This document shows positions 23,513-36,690 of a stretch of 64,000 nt of DNA, piece after piece. This DNA comes from Felis catus (lineage: Eukaryota), in contig NC_058368.1 of NCBI RefSeq assembly GCF_018350175.1, forward strand, positions 141,548,001 through 141,612,000. Direction: 5' to 3'. The notes beneath the pieces are model-generated. The model was not told the DNA's origin, searched no databases, and saw nothing but the letters and a program-made list of their open reading frames with translations. Position 1 is the stretch's first letter. Each line of letters opens with the position of its first letter. The position numbers and the translations under genes were made by a program.

Positions 23513-26500
23513 TGTAATTTGGTCTTTTGATTTTGATTATGGTATTATGTACTCTATGGCTTCTGGGTCTCCCATGACTTCTTCATTTAAAGAAGTGAAG
23601 TCGTCTATGTATTTGGAATTTATCCTGAGTAAGATATGGGATATGCATACCACTTTGTTTTTCTTTATCTCACATTACTATGGAATTATTTGTCTCCATC
23701 CTTGTAAATGATACCTGAAAATCTATTATATAGCTATATGAGTACACTTTGATGCTCATCACAGGATCATAAACCGGACTAGGGCAAGTGCCTTGGCCAT
23801 CATTGTTTTTCACTGTATCCTCAATACTTTGAAAATCCCTGGGACCTAGTAGGTGCTCAATCAGTATTCAGAGAATAAAGGAATGAAAGAGTGGATCAGA
23901 GAGCTACAATCACAATAGTGCTTCATAACAAGCCACCTCAAAACTCAGAGGCATATAACATATTGCTCAATCACACAAGATAGAATCCTGATACCTGGAT
24001 TCTTCCTCACAGAGATTGTTTCTTTGGTCTGGGATGCACTCGGACTTTTTTTTTCCCAAACTCCCCAGGAGATTCTTATGTGCATCAATGTTTGGCCACC
24101 TTTATTTTAGTTAATATTTGCTGTCATTCTAACTGGTTGTAACAAAGTTTTAAGTTGCTTAATCATGATGCTATTATCTGAAGCATAGTAATGAGGGAAC
24201 TGAGGCACATGGAAAATGAAGTGACACTTGAATTATGTTTACAGAGAACAAAAAGGTGAAATTTTAGAAGCTATATAGGAATTTAATCATGGAATTCAGG
24301 TTCTAACACCTATAACACAACAGTTTATCTCATGGAGAGGGGAGGATTCCTTTCCAAATGATTCAGAATCCCAAATTATTAAGGACTTACAGAAAGTTCA
24401 TGTCATAATGATATATATTGTCAAATGTATTGAGGAGGAAATTGGCATTTGCTGTTATTATGAGATACTCCCAGGACGACCCTGTAGAATTAGACCAAGA
24501 TCGTCTAATGCTCTGACAATTTTTCCTTCTTAGGAGAAAAGCAGATGAAATTAAAGAGGGTGATGATTTATCTATTGTTCTTTGGCAAGGTGTTGCCAAG
24601 GTCCCTGGAATTCTCTCCCAAAGACAGCCTGTATTAACAAATCTCTCGTCTGAAGCTTCTTTGTTTACAAGCCCTGCTTGATTGATCTCCCTCTCGATAT
24701 ATTTCCTCCATACATAAATTGGGGGAAAACTTCTCTGTTTGTAAAAGAGAAAAAATTTGTAATCGAATGTCACCATAAGGCCACGATTTCTACACCAGGG
24801 AAGGCAGGAAATCATAACTCTCTTCTCGCACCCTGGGAACAGTCTCCTGGTTGTCACACAGGGGCTTGGCCAAGCTCCGGAGCCCGATGCTGTATATATT
24901 GAAGAATAGATAATACAAGACATTGCTTGGCATTATGAATTATGAGTAAAAGGAGAGAGAAACCCTCTGGCCATTACCTTTCTTTTGAGTCCTACAACCA
25001 TCTCATAGTGATCAGAAGAATTGAAGTGCTGTCTGTTCCAGGGAGAGGAGTCATTGCTAACCACGGCAAGCTCTAAAATAACTGTGTGTTTTGAGTGGCA
25101 CTTAATAAATATTCACTAATAACATTAGGCCACTCAGCACCAAGCAGGAAGATAAGGCCATTTTTTTTTTTGTTTTATACTTGAGTAATTGATAAAAAAA
25201 TAATTGCAAAGCTTTAAATGTTTAGCAGTGATTAGCTAAAACCATCACCTCAAAGCCCTTCCCACTTTGATAAACTCGTTCCCATGAAAATACTCAGAAC
25301 CTGAGGAACAGCAGGGAAAGAAGCCAATAAAAGCAGCTCAAAGAGTTTTACATTATCTCCATAAGCTATCTAATCTAGCCATTTTGAATGATCTATGTAA
25401 ATTAATTACACTTTTTAATTAGGTGGTCTTTTAGCTTGCATATTGAAGTTTACCACTAATTACAGCAAGGCAGGAGGTCACTTGATTGGTATGGGAAACA
25501 AGAGGCCTTTATTTCATTGAACTGAAACACTGAACAGTTAATGCTTAGGAAAAAAAAAAACCTGTAAAATTTATGTCAGTTCTCAAAATTCCAACTGCGC
25601 AGCTCTTGTTCATTTTTTCTTTTGACTCAAATCTCCTCTATAGCTCGCTGGGGGTTTTCCTTTATAAATATCAGAATGACTTCTAAACACCCACTGACTC
25701 AAAACTATTATAATAGAGCAGCTAGGAAGCCTGAATTTTGCATCCCTAATGCTAGGGGGAGAAAACCCACCCTTTTGATATTAGTCACATTAAATGCCAT
25801 TTAATTACAAGTGCAGCTGTTTCCAGATGTGGCTTTATTTGGTTTCTGCCAGCCAGCCAGTCTTCGATTTTCATTAACTGCGTCATTTAAACAATAACAA
25901 CAAAAACTCACAAATGCTAGAGCTATCTTTATGCCAAGCAGAACAAAGTATTCTTTAATTTAAAAAAAATATAGTGGTCATTGTAGTGAACAGAGTGCAT
26001 GTAATATCTTCATTCTTGAATGACATTTTATGGTTCTTTTCCTCACCCACTCTTGTGTCAAGCAGCAGGACCCCAAATTTCCATTCTTTTTCCATATTTT
26101 AGTGACCCGTGCTGTCCAATAGTAGGTGGAATTTTATAAGAAGCATTTGCTGATTTAATGCAATCCTTAGAAAAATCAGGATTGCTAATTAAAAACCACA
26201 GCATGAATAAAAGTCTTGACCCAGAGGAATTCTCCTACCTGCCACTCAGAAGGGTCCTCATTTTCCTGCCGGCACACACACATCACAATCCTGGGAGTTC
26301 AGCTAATCTACTGCCGGTCATGTTTCCTCCTGGGCCAAGGGCATGCTTCTGTGAGATGGCTTGCCCATCTCCCCAAAGGGAGAGGGTGTATTATTATGGT
26401 TTCCTCATCCAGCTTTATATTTTCAAATCACTTTCAACAGGGCAGTTTAAGGGAAGGGGCACCAGCTGGGGGCATCAGGAGGCTTGGGAGGCAGACCCCG

Positions 26501-26901
26501 TTCTCAGAGAACTGGGTGGCTGCGGCCAGCCCCTTCATTTCCCTGGTGGCCCCCACTTTCCTCATCTGTGAAATGAGGGATTCGTTTGTACCGGGTGCTC
26601 TCAAGTTCTGTCTACTTCAAATAACTTCCAAGGCTGCCTCTGCTGATAAATACATTCAATTCATCATGTATTTATCTGCACAATGGTAAGCTCCTGGAAG
26701 GCAGGAATCAGAATGGTATTCCCTTTTTTGAGCCCCAGCACCTAAAGACTCAACAATGTCAAAGTACAATAAACATTTGTTGAATTATTGGGAACGAAAA
26801 TCAAGACAACGATGGAACGTGTTTTTAGTAGCAGCAACAACAAACTTCTTTTTCTTTTTTTGGAGTACATGCATAAGCTAGCATTGTGCTAAATACTTTA
26901 T

Positions 26902-27140
26902 TTTTATTTATTTATTTATTTATTTTTAATTTTTTTTTTAACATTTATTTATTTTTGAGACAGAGAGAGACAGAGCATGAACAGGGGAGAGTCAGAGAGA
27001 GGGAGACACAGAATCCGAAACAGGCTCCAGGCTCTGAGCTGTCAGCACAGAGCCCGACGCGGGGCTCGAACTCACGGACCGTGAGATCATGACCCGAGCC
27101 GAAGTTGGCCGCTCAACCAACTGAGCCACCCAGGCGCCCC
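26902..27140 (-). mobile_element. CAN-SINE
   Basis: Full-length. TSD tgtgctaaatactttat at 26885-26901 and 27141-27157. Confidence 0.96.
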
Positions 27141-27204
27141 TGTGCTAAATACTTTATATGGTTTGTCTCGTTTAGTTGACAACCTTCTATTTCCTTTTTC
27201 CTTC

Positions 27205-27655
27205 TGTGGCAGACACTACTAAATACAATCCATTCACGTATGGATTCATCCTTACCAGCAGAACCTCACTTTTGTTTGAGGTAGCAATGTAAATGTTACA
27301 AACAATTACTTCCCCCAGATTCCCTGCTCCTTGGGGCAAACCACGTAGCTCAGTTTTGGCCAGGGAGATATAAGCAGAAATCTATTGGAAAGCTGTTGTC
27401 TCCAAGATAAAAAGGGGAAATATCGGCTGGAATCTGCCTTTTGTCATTCCACCTGCTCTTACTTCCTGGCTGGGACTTGGACTCAATGCCCACAGGCAGG
27501 TGGGTCTAGTTCCCACGTGAACAACAGCAACAGCATAAAGGCTGGTGGAGCAAGAAGTCATATGGAGCCTGGCTCCTTGGCAGCTTCCTCGAGTGGCTGC
27601 GTCAGCCCTACCCTGTGCCTCCAGACTTCTGGTTATACGATAAAGCTAAATCTCC
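27205..27655 (+). mobile_element. Old MaLR LTR (MLT1J/K-like)
   Basis: Starts tgtggcagacact; cagttttggccagggagatataagcagaa motif. Confidence 0.5.
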
Positions 27656-27856
27656 TCACATATTCTCTACCCTGCCTACAGTCCATCCATGATGATACTA
27701 CAATTGCAGTTTTCCCAAACATGGAACATTCCTGACCATTGTTTTTATAAGTTCTGGTCTACTCATATTCCTTCTACTAGGACTCATACTCCTGCCGGAT
27801 TGTCTGCTTCTTCATGAGTTTCTACCTTTGTAACTCAGCCTTTGTTTGACCACTTC

Positions 27857-28424
27857 TGTATTAACTGTATTTTCTCATTTTCTATCTTGTTGATCCTCTG
27901 GTATCTGGGGCCTCCCTGACTAGGCAGAGTCTGGCCCTCCTAGGGCTTAGCCACTTCTTTGAGACAGCAAACAACTTACCAGCAAGAGTACCTTTCAAAT
28001 GCAAACTAATCAACCAGAGTCCTTACTCTGAACCACCTCTATCTGACTCCAGGAGGCAATATTCCTCTGCCCTAATCATCCCAGGCCCGGGTAGTGGACA
28101 ACTGAGGACTACCCCTATAGCCCAGGGCCAGCTATCAATTATTCAAACCATCAAACTGTCCAATCCTAAGCCTGCTCGGCTCCTTGTTACTTTGCCCATT
28201 CCCTCCCATTCCCTCCTGCAAAAACTGCACTCAAGTCTTTTGCTCATGCTTTTCTCACATTCCTTCTGCCTCCTGACTCACCCTAGTGCTTCCCTCTATC
28301 GTCCTACATTACATCATGTAGGGACACCATGTCCCTTCTTGGGAATTTTAAGAAATTATCGTTTCAGTGACAACTGTCTCCTGATCTGTTGACTTCACCA
28401 AAATTGCAGGTATACTTTAAAGCA
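27857..28424 (+). mobile_element. Solo ERVL LTR (MER74-like)
   Basis: TG...CA termini (tgtattaac...aaagca), approximate 5-bp TSD acttc/gcttc, and tctggggcct...cagcaaac...ctttcaaatgcaaactaatcaaccagag matching recalled MER74. Confidence 0.6.
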
Positions 28425-28432
28425 GCTTCTAT

Positions 28433-28520
28433 GGGGGTTTGGCTGGCTAAATCAGTGGAGCATGTGATTCTTGACCTGGGAGTTTAAGTTCGAGCCCCGT
28501 GTTGGGTATAGAGATTACTT
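28433..28520 (+). mobile_element. Short-type CAN-SINE lacking the (CT)n segment
   Basis: ggctggctaaatcagtggagcatgtgattcttgacc...gttcgagcccc...agagattacttaaaaataaaatctt. Confidence 0.8.
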
Positions 28521-28537
28521 AAAAATAAAATCTTAGG

Positions 28538-28765
28538 GGGGCACCTGGGTGGCTCAGTCGGTTGAGTGTCCGACTTCGGCTCAGGTCACGATCTCACGGT
28601 TCGTGAGTTCGAGCCCCGCGTCGGGCTCTGGGCTGACAGCTTGGAGCCTGGAGGCTGCTTCGGATTCTGTGTCTCCCTCTCTTTCTGCCCCTCCCCCGTT
28701 CATGCTCTGTCTCTCTCTGTCCCAAAAATAAATAAACGTTAAAAAAAAATTTTTTTTTAATTAAA
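28538..28765 (+). mobile_element. CAN-SINE (felid type)
   Basis: Full-length. Flanked by aaaaataaaatcttaggg at 28521-28538 and 28766-28783. Confidence 0.95.
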
Positions 28766-28780
28766 AAAAATAAAATCTTA

Positions 28781-28995
28781 GGGTTGCCTGAGTGGCTCAG
28801 GTGGTTAAGCATCCGATGTCGGCTCAGACCACGATCTCACAGCTCATGAGTTTGAGCCCTATGTCAGGTTCTGTGCTGATAGCTCAGAGCCTGGGGCCTG
28901 TTTTGGATTTCATATCTCTGTCTCTATCTGCCCCTCCCCTGCTCATGCTGTCTCTCTCTCAAAAATAAATAAACATTAAACACAAATAAAAAAAA
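28781..28995 (+). mobile_element. CAN-SINE
   Basis: gggttgcctgagtggctcag head, followed by aaaaaatcttaaaa. Confidence 0.9.
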
Positions 28996-29156
28996 ATCTT
29001 AAAACAAAACAACTTCTAGTAGCTTGACCGCACCTACCTTCTTCATCTTCCCATGAGATATGCCCGGACTTATATAGGTAGGACAGGAAGAAGGTACTGG
29101 TTTCATTGCACTTGCTATTCTCGTTCTATCTTTAATACTATACTTGGTCACTGCTG

Positions 29157-29368
29157 GGTTTTTTGTTGGTTTATTTTTGAAAGAGAGAGAGAGACAGAGC
29201 TCAAGCAGTGAAGAGGCAGAGAGAGGGAGGGAGACACAGAATCTGAAGCAGGCTCCAGGCTCCGAGCTGTCAGAACAGAGACCAATGCGGGGCTCGAACT
29301 CACCAACTGCAAGATCATAACCGGAGCCGAAGTCAGATGCTTAACTGACTGAGCCACCCAGGCACCTC
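29157..29368 (-). mobile_element. CAN-SINE
   Basis: TSD tggtcactgctg at 29145-29156 and 29369-29380. Confidence 0.93.
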
Positions 29369-30008
29369 TGGTCACTGCTGTTGATCATGGATTATAAGCC
29401 TTTCAACTAGGAGCAAATATTGCCTCTCTTGACGGATTTAAATTCTTTCCTTTGCAAAAGGTCTCTATGTTAGATGTCTACTGATGATATGATACACATT
29501 AGCAAACAGTAAAAACTACCGGAGGAACTGGGCACATGGATTCTTAGAACGTTAAAGATAAATGGGGCCTTTAGGAATCATCTAGAGACCAGACTCTAGC
29601 TCAGATCTCCTGTGACCCAGAGAGGTAAAGTGACTTTACCTAGGCACACAGGGAACCAATAACAGTCAAAAGTATAGATAATTTACATGAGTGACTTCCT
29701 TCTCCATTGAGCGCTTAGTATATACAAAGTCACATGTAGACACTACAAAGAAAGTGGTGGGAGTTGACTCAAAATTAAGGCAGACTTTGATCCTGCCCTC
29801 TCTTACAGGAAAAAATAAAAAGGAGTAGATAACTAGAGCTCAGGGTGGAAATAGGTCTTCAGGTAGAGATGAGAAAATGTGTTGATCTCCTCTGTTTACT
29901 GAAACCCTACGAAGAAAATGCTACATAATTAAAAATGAATTAACCCACAAAGACAACCAGAACAGGACAGGAGATAACAGTAGATAAAAGATTTAAACAC
30001 AGCTTCTA

Positions 30009-30220
30009 GGGGCACCCGGGTGGCTCAGTTGGTTAAGCGGCCACCTCTTGATTTCGGCTCAGGTCATGATTTCATAATTGGTGAGATGGAACCCTGCTAG
30101 AGGCTCTGTGCTGACAGTGCAGATCCTGTTTGGGATTCTGTCTGTCTGTCTGTCTCTCTCTCCCTCCCCCACTCACAGGTGCTCGCTCTTTCAAAATAAA
30201 TAAATACACATTAAAAAAAT
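30009..30220 (+). mobile_element. CAN-SINE
   Basis: ggggcacccgggtggctcag head; TSD aaaYacagcttcta on both sides. Confidence 0.92.
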
Positions 30221-31134
30221 AAATACAGCTTCTAAAAATGAGAAGCAGAAACAGGAATGGTAACTGACTTAGCAGGATAGAGAACATTAAACAACCTACG
30301 TATTCACAAAGGGCATCAAAAAGAAGGGAGGCTCTTGGCCCTACCGTGTGATGGAGGAGAGCATGGTTGGATGAATCACATCCTCTTTCCCATTCCAACC
30401 TCTGGTCAGGTACCTACCTGTACTTTCAAGAGAAACAGAAGGTTTAATTCCCTAGAGATATTGAACATGAGAAGATCTGGATTTGGAAACCTATCAGAGA
30501 GGCCCAGGATAAGTAGATGCTGAAAATAATAAAATTAACTGAAAAATGAATATGTGGCTCCTAGCCTCTCTCTCCCTTCCCACAACTACTTACCAAGACA
30601 TCAGCCTACAAAAAAGTAGCAGAGAAAAAACCTCCACAAACTAGTATGTGGTGTTGGGAGTGATGAGAGTTATCTCAAAAAGAAAGTTCAGCTTCCTACC
30701 CATCAATCCACAGTAAAGACCACAAGCCAACAAGTCAAGGCACATAGTATTCCTAGGCAGCTTTTTTGGTACCCCTTGAATATAAATGGGTAGCCAAAAA
30801 GCATTAGACACTTGAGGAAATTTCTAAGGTGAAAGATGGAGACCAAAGAGAATGAAGAAGCTTGTAGGAACAGTGAATACAGCAGAATAAAATGTCAAGA
30901 GAACTAAAGTTACAAAATCAGAGATGAGAAACTATTGCACTCATAAAACAAATGAAATACGCTATGTAAAAGAAAGACTAAAAGATCAAAAAATGCTTTT
31001 GGAAACGTAAAAAGATGACAGTTGGAATTAAAAATACAGTAGAAGAATTACAAGGTGGAATTGATGACATTTCCCAGAAAACAGACTGAATAAAGAGATG
31101 GAAAATGGAACAGAGCAGATAACACAAATTAGAA

Positions 31135-31628
31135 CAGTGCTGTCCATAGAAACAGATTACAAGCCACACTTTTAATTTTGATTTTTCTAGTAGTCACATA
31201 AAAAAGAATAGGCAAGATGTGCCTGGGTGGCTCAGTCGGTTAAGCCTCTGACTTCAGCTCAGGTCCTGATCTCACCAATCATGAGTTCGAGCCCCACATC
31301 GGGCTCTCTACTGTCAGCACTGAGCCCACTTGGGATCCTCTGTCCTCCCTTCTCTCTGCCTCTCCCCTGCTTTCACACACGCGCTCTCCCTCAAAAATAA
31401 ATAAACATTAAAAAAATAGGCAAAATTAATTTTAGTAATGTATTCTATTTAACCTAATAAATTCAAGATACTATCGTTTCAATATGTAATCAATATAACA
31501 TTTATTAACGAAATATTTTATAATCTTTTTTCATACTGAGTCTCATAACACACCTCCATTTGGACAGTCTACCCTTCAAGTGCTCAGTAGCCACAAGTGG
31601 CTAGATGGCACCATAGTGGAAAGCACAG
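31135..31628. mobile_element. hAT-Charlie MITE (MER33-like) with a SINE inserted
   Basis: gtgctgtcca... start and ttcaagtgctcagtagccacaagtggcta...ggaaagcacag end. Confidence 0.7.
31216..31415 (+). mobile_element. CAN-SINE
   Basis: gcctgggtggctcagtcggttaag head; aataggcaa repeated on both sides. Confidence 0.92.
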
Positions 31629-32920
31629 ATACAGGAGATGAGTCCAGAAGATCCAATATCTGAATAATGTAAGTTCTAGAAAGAAAAAGAGGAAGACATA
31701 GGATTCCGGCAACAGAGGTCTCAATACAAGACCAAGGCTGGAGGACACCACCAGGAGGACGGGCATGTGGCAGGGAGCTACCCGTTCCTAGTGGGGCCGG
31801 AGGACGGAAGCTTCAGAAGGGAGGGCTCCATGTAGAAAAGAACAGATGTCATCTGTTTAAAAGTTGGAAAGACTCATTTGTCAGCTGTTTGACAGATTTG
31901 TCAGGGCATTTGGGAAAAATTAAGGATGGATTTATAAAAATTAAATGAAAGTACCGAGGCTATTATTAATTACAAGAAAAAGAAATAATTGTGGGGAAAA
32001 ATAAAACATATAATCAAAAGTACATTAATTGGCTTAAGAGAAGAAAACCCTCGGCTATCATTGTGGGAAGTCAGTAAATGAGGCTGGAAATCAGGAAAGG
32101 AAGAAATAAGCAGTTTACACCCATGACTCCGAAAGAATGAAGGTAAACACCAGAAGGAGCAGATCAAAGAACTAACACCGCTTCTGGAGAATCACACTGG
32201 GAACGTGGGCAGAGTCTGCTGTGTTTTGTAACCTTTTACGTTACACGATTTTAAAAACCCTGCCCATGCGTTATTAACACCAAACAACTATAAACACATT
32301 TATAAAAAGTAATCGTATTAATATAGATAAGGGCTAAGAGAGTTAAGAGTGGAGAATTTACACACCTCCAGAAGGAGGAGAGTAGGGAAAGTTTCTTAGA
32401 AGAGCTGAGATTTTTCCCTGCTTCTTGAAGGGAAGTGAAGAGTCTAGTAGGATAAGGCCTAGTTTCTTTTTCACTCCTAGTGGCAGGGAGGTGTTTAAAT
32501 AAAGAAAATATTAAAACACAAATAAAATATAAATGAATAAAATATTAAAAAATAAATAAAATACAGATTCCTAGATGCCTGTGAATTTGAAAGGGAAGAT
32601 GGTAAAAATACTGATTCCTTTGAAGCTATTTTTCTTTTGTGACTATTCAAGTTGCTGGAACGGGCAATCGTGCTTTTCCAACTGGGAGCTAGAAAGACCT
32701 TAAAGATTAACTGTCTAACCCCCAAATCACCTAAAAGACCTATTCGTGGGCCCAGCCCCAGATCCACAGCATCAGAATCTCTCAGGATGAGGCTCAATTA
32801 TCTGTATTTTTAAAAAGCTCCCCAATGGATTTGGCAATTATCTCGGAGCAATATGATTCCTCTTTAAGAGCCACTCCTGCGTTTTGCCAGTCAGGGAACC
32901 TGACACACTGATAACTTAAA

Positions 32921-33305
32921 CCAGTGGTTCTTAAAGTGTGGTCCCTGGACCAGCACTTGCAGCGATATCTGGGAACTTGGTAGAAGTTAGGACTTGTGAA
33001 TTTTCAGGCCCCATTCTAGACCTATTGAATCAGAAACTTTTTTTTTTTTTTTAAGTTTAAGTATTTACTTTCAGAGAGAGATCAAGCTGGGGAAGGGAAG
33101 AGAGAGGGAGACAGAGAAAGAATCCCAGGCAGGCTCCACATGTCCAGCGTGGAGCCAGATGTGGGGCTCAAACTCATGAACCATGACATCACGACCTGAG
33201 CCAAAATCTAGACGCTTAACCAACTGAGCCACCCAGGCACCCACAATCGTAAACTGTTTTAATAACCCTTCGAGGTGAATCTGATGTACATTCAAATTTT
33301 GGGGG
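32921..33305. mobile_element. MER5A-like hAT MITE with a SINE inserted
   Basis: ccagtggttcttaaagtgtggtccctggaccagca...agacctattgaatcagaaact...ggtgaatctgatgtaca. Confidence 0.7.
33038..33243 (-). mobile_element. CAN-SINE
   Basis: T tail, body, reverse head caactgagccacccaggcaccc. Confidence 0.92.
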
Positions 33306-33734
33306 TTAAACTATCATACCAGAGTAGCAGTTGGTATCATAGAAAGCTCATCAGCCAATCACATCTCACTTTATAGAGGAGAAATGGAGAAGCAGAAAAT
33401 TTAAAGGACTTGCCCATGAGCGTGGCAGCAGCTGTCTTGGTATTAGAGGGAAGACAGGGTCTACAAGTTGGAAATGCTAAAGCCAAAAAGGTAAGACAGC
33501 CTGAGGCCTAAACCATATCATTGAACTGCTACTCTTTACTCAGAACCACGTACTCCCATATTCTACTCGAGTGAGACCGTGATCGTCTTTGTTGTTTGGA
33601 TCAGTATTAGTCAGCTGAACACATTCTATATAATCCAGAGGTCTTCTGAAAACACTCTGCAGTTTTTCACTTTATCTCCTATTTGAGATAATTTTGATAG
33701 CTGTGGTCTATCATATGAAATCAAAAGTGAAAGT

Positions 33735-34658
33735 TTCTGTTGGTCCCTTCCTCTGGGCTCCAATAAGGTCTTCTACGACTCCTATTCTAACACCAATTTC
33801 GATGTAAGGGTTTCCCCCTGCCCCCGTATCATTGAGCAATTCTCCAACACCAGCTGGGTGTCCTACAATGTAACTCAATTCTGACACTATCTGCCTGGAG
33901 ATAGCATCAGGTCCCACAGTCAAGGGTTCAGTCCTGTGAGCCTGCTCCCCGCCCCATGACCACTTCAGATGACAGTAGCAAACCTAGGTTATCACCTATG
34001 CTTCTGACAGATCAGCTATACATTGTTGGTATATCCCCCTCCTTGGGCTTGATTGCTCTGCTAGAGCTGCTCACAGAACTCAGAGAAACATTTTACTTAC
34101 TGGGTTCCTGGTTTATTATAAACAGATTTAACTCACAAAAAGCCAGATGGAAGGGAGGCACAGGGCCAGATAAGGGGATGAGAGGCAGAATTTCAGTGGT
34201 TCTCCAGGAGCACCATCCTCCCCAGTCTCCATTGTTTACCAACCAACCTGGAAGCTCTCTGAATCCTCTCCTGTTTGGTTTTTATGGCGGCTGCATTCCA
34301 CAGGCATGATTGATTAAATCATTGGCCGCTGGTGATCAAGTCAACCTCCAACCTCTCTCCCCTCCCCAGAAGTCAGGGGGGTGGGACTGAAAGTTCCAAC
34401 CCTCCAATCACAGGGTTGATTCCTCCAATCACAGGGCAATCTGCCCTCATCCTTCTGTGCTACCAAAAAAGAAAAAAAAAAAAAAAAAAGCCACCCAATT
34501 AACACAAAGTCAGGTGTAGCTGAAAGGGGTTTTGTTATGAATTTGAAGAGACCTGATCCCTCCTATTGCTTAGGAAATTCAAAGGGTTTTGGGAGCTCTG
34601 TGCCAGAAACAGGACAAAGACCAAATATGTATTTCCTATTATAAATCACAATATCACA
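33735..34658 (-). mobile_element. ERVL-class solo LTR (MER21-like)
   Basis: caattctgacactatctgcctggagatagcatcag; ctagagctgctcacagaactcagagaaaca; terminus tcacaatatcaca (tgtgatattgtga on the minus strand). Confidence 0.7.
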
Positions 34659-36419
34659 ATGACCTTTATCCTGGCATTTGGTCCACTGCACTATAAGAAT
34701 TACTTATGGAATTATGAGCCTGGCACAGTGCCTGGGCGCACTGTAGGTACTCAATGGTTGTGGAATGAATGGATGAAGTATGTGTTCTAACTCTGTGTTC
34801 TTATTACAAATCATTATGGATACTGCTCCTTTTTTTTTTTTTTTTTTTTTTTGTCTATGGGCCCAGCTATTTCCCCACCCAAGGGTTTGTCAACTTCCCT
34901 GGATATTTATAAACCATGTAATAGTTTCATTTTCAACGCAGCCTTTCCCCTAACAGAAACATACAGCTTTTGCTGTGAGTCATAGTTTTCCTCCCACCCC
35001 TGGGATGTCTTTGGTGGAAGCGGATGTGAAGAATGGGTATTCAGAAGAGAACAAATTCTAACTGGAATTAACCTGTAAACTAAACTATGTTCTGTCAGGG
35101 GTCTGGAGGGAGTAGAAGGTCTGGAATGAGTGGAAAGACACAGAGAGTGGAAGAATCAGGACAGTGGTGTTAGCAGTCCTACAAGGCAGAGCAGTCTCTG
35201 GTAAGTAGGCACAGACATCCCAGAGCCAAGCCCAGGCTAAGTTCCCAAGGTTTAGGTTCCTTACACCTGAAACCTTTAACACAGAGGTCACCCATCTGAG
35301 TACTTTGAGAAAGCTCTGCCTTACCTCTCCTTGGGGCTTCCTGATCAGGAAGGGAGACTGTGGTACTGATGGCTGTATTTCCCAGGGAGCTGGGGGAAAC
35401 ACTAGCATGAGCTTTACTCTTCTCCCTGGGAGTCTGCTCAGCTGTAGGCAACTTGCTTGGGGAGCTACACGCTGGGGAAGCTGGTTTGGGGGAGGGGAGG
35501 GGCAGTCCCTGCTCTGCAACAGGGAAAGCTCTCCAAAGTGAGTGTTTGGAGCAGGCAAAGACACTGATAGATTACTTTCCTCAATTTTACCTTGTGTCCA
35601 CTTTACCTCCAAGATCTCAGATAACTCATCAGAAAATCATTTGCCTTTAAAAGGAGAAGAGATGTCAAGTGCTGTCTTTCTCCCTGAGATAACCTAACAA
35701 ATGTCAATTTTCTGTAGAGTCAAATCCTCTAGCTCAGCCCGATCACTTTCATGACAGACCCTCATCCCTTTTCCCAGCACAGCTGGAACAGGCCCTCAGA
35801 GCAGGAGCCTGGGTCCAGTTCTTACAGGCAGGTTCTAGCTTCTGTAGGTAACCCTGGGCCTCCGGGGTTCTACAACATTCTTCTTCCCTTTGTTTTTACC
35901 CCCGCTTCGGGGTGGCAGCAGCTTCCAGCAAGTTGTTACTCTCTGGTTGCTTTACCATTTCCCTTTTGTTCTTGTTATTGTTGTTTTTACCATTTCCTAT
36001 TTGACTTTCAGCTTTTTCCTTTCCCATCACGTACAAAACTAAATTCCTGCATTAAATTGTCTTTGGAATTTCTCTTAAAATCCCTTTGAAACGCCTGGAT
36101 TCTGTTTTCCTGGTAGGGTCCTGCCTGGTAGAAGGACTTACTGTGTGTGAGGCTCTATATAAATTGCCAATATGCATCATCATCTGAGGCTGGTACTGTC
36201 ATCACCCTGTCTCTACAACTGTGGAAATGACAACTCAGATTAAGTTGATGGTCCAAGTTCACATAGTGCGCTCATATGACAGAGTAGAGCTCGGAAGAAC
36301 CCATGCGGTGTCACTCTCTATATAGTGCATGTTCTTAAACACAACACTAATAACTTGCATCCCGTTTATGGAACGCTGGGGGTGAGCTTTAAATTGTGAG
36401 GATCCACGTGGTTTGCTGT

Positions 36420-36690
36420 TTCTTCTGGCCAGAATACTTCAGGTCTCAATTTAAATTTCACTTTCCTGAGGAAGCCTCTTCCATCACCCACAGTTGACGT
36501 TGAGCACCCCCATCCCTGTGTACTAGGCCTTCTTATTCTGTTTCTCATGCTATATTGTATTTGCTTGTCTGCTGTTTGTCTTTCTTGCCCCACTGAGAGT
36601 TGCCTGCGGGTAGGGACTATGCCTTTTCTTGTTCACCATTCTATTCCTACTACCTTGCACCACAAAGATTTGATAAATAAATGAATGAAA
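36420..36690 (+). mobile_element. L2 3' fragment
   Basis: tcaggtctcaatttaaatttcactttcctgaggaagcct...tttgataaataaatgaatgaa. Confidence 0.55.

Larger units (their letters stand above)
30240..32260 (+). mobile_element. Highly decayed L1/HAL1-like ORF1-region remnant, interrupted by a MITE and a SINE
   Basis: A-rich + strand with ORF1-like phrases (gacatttcccagaaa...agagatggaaaat; tccagaagatccaatatctgaataat). Confidence 0.4.

Noticed and set aside
24387..24923. 178-aa minus-strand ORF as a novel gene
   Set aside because: No recognisable homology, unnatural composition and no supporting exon structure; the region is better explained as non-coding.
35085..36130. 175-aa ORF and surrounding sequence as a gene or named LTR
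   Set aside because: No protein similarity recognised. The right end looks vaguely LTR-like but I cannot assign a family or boundaries.
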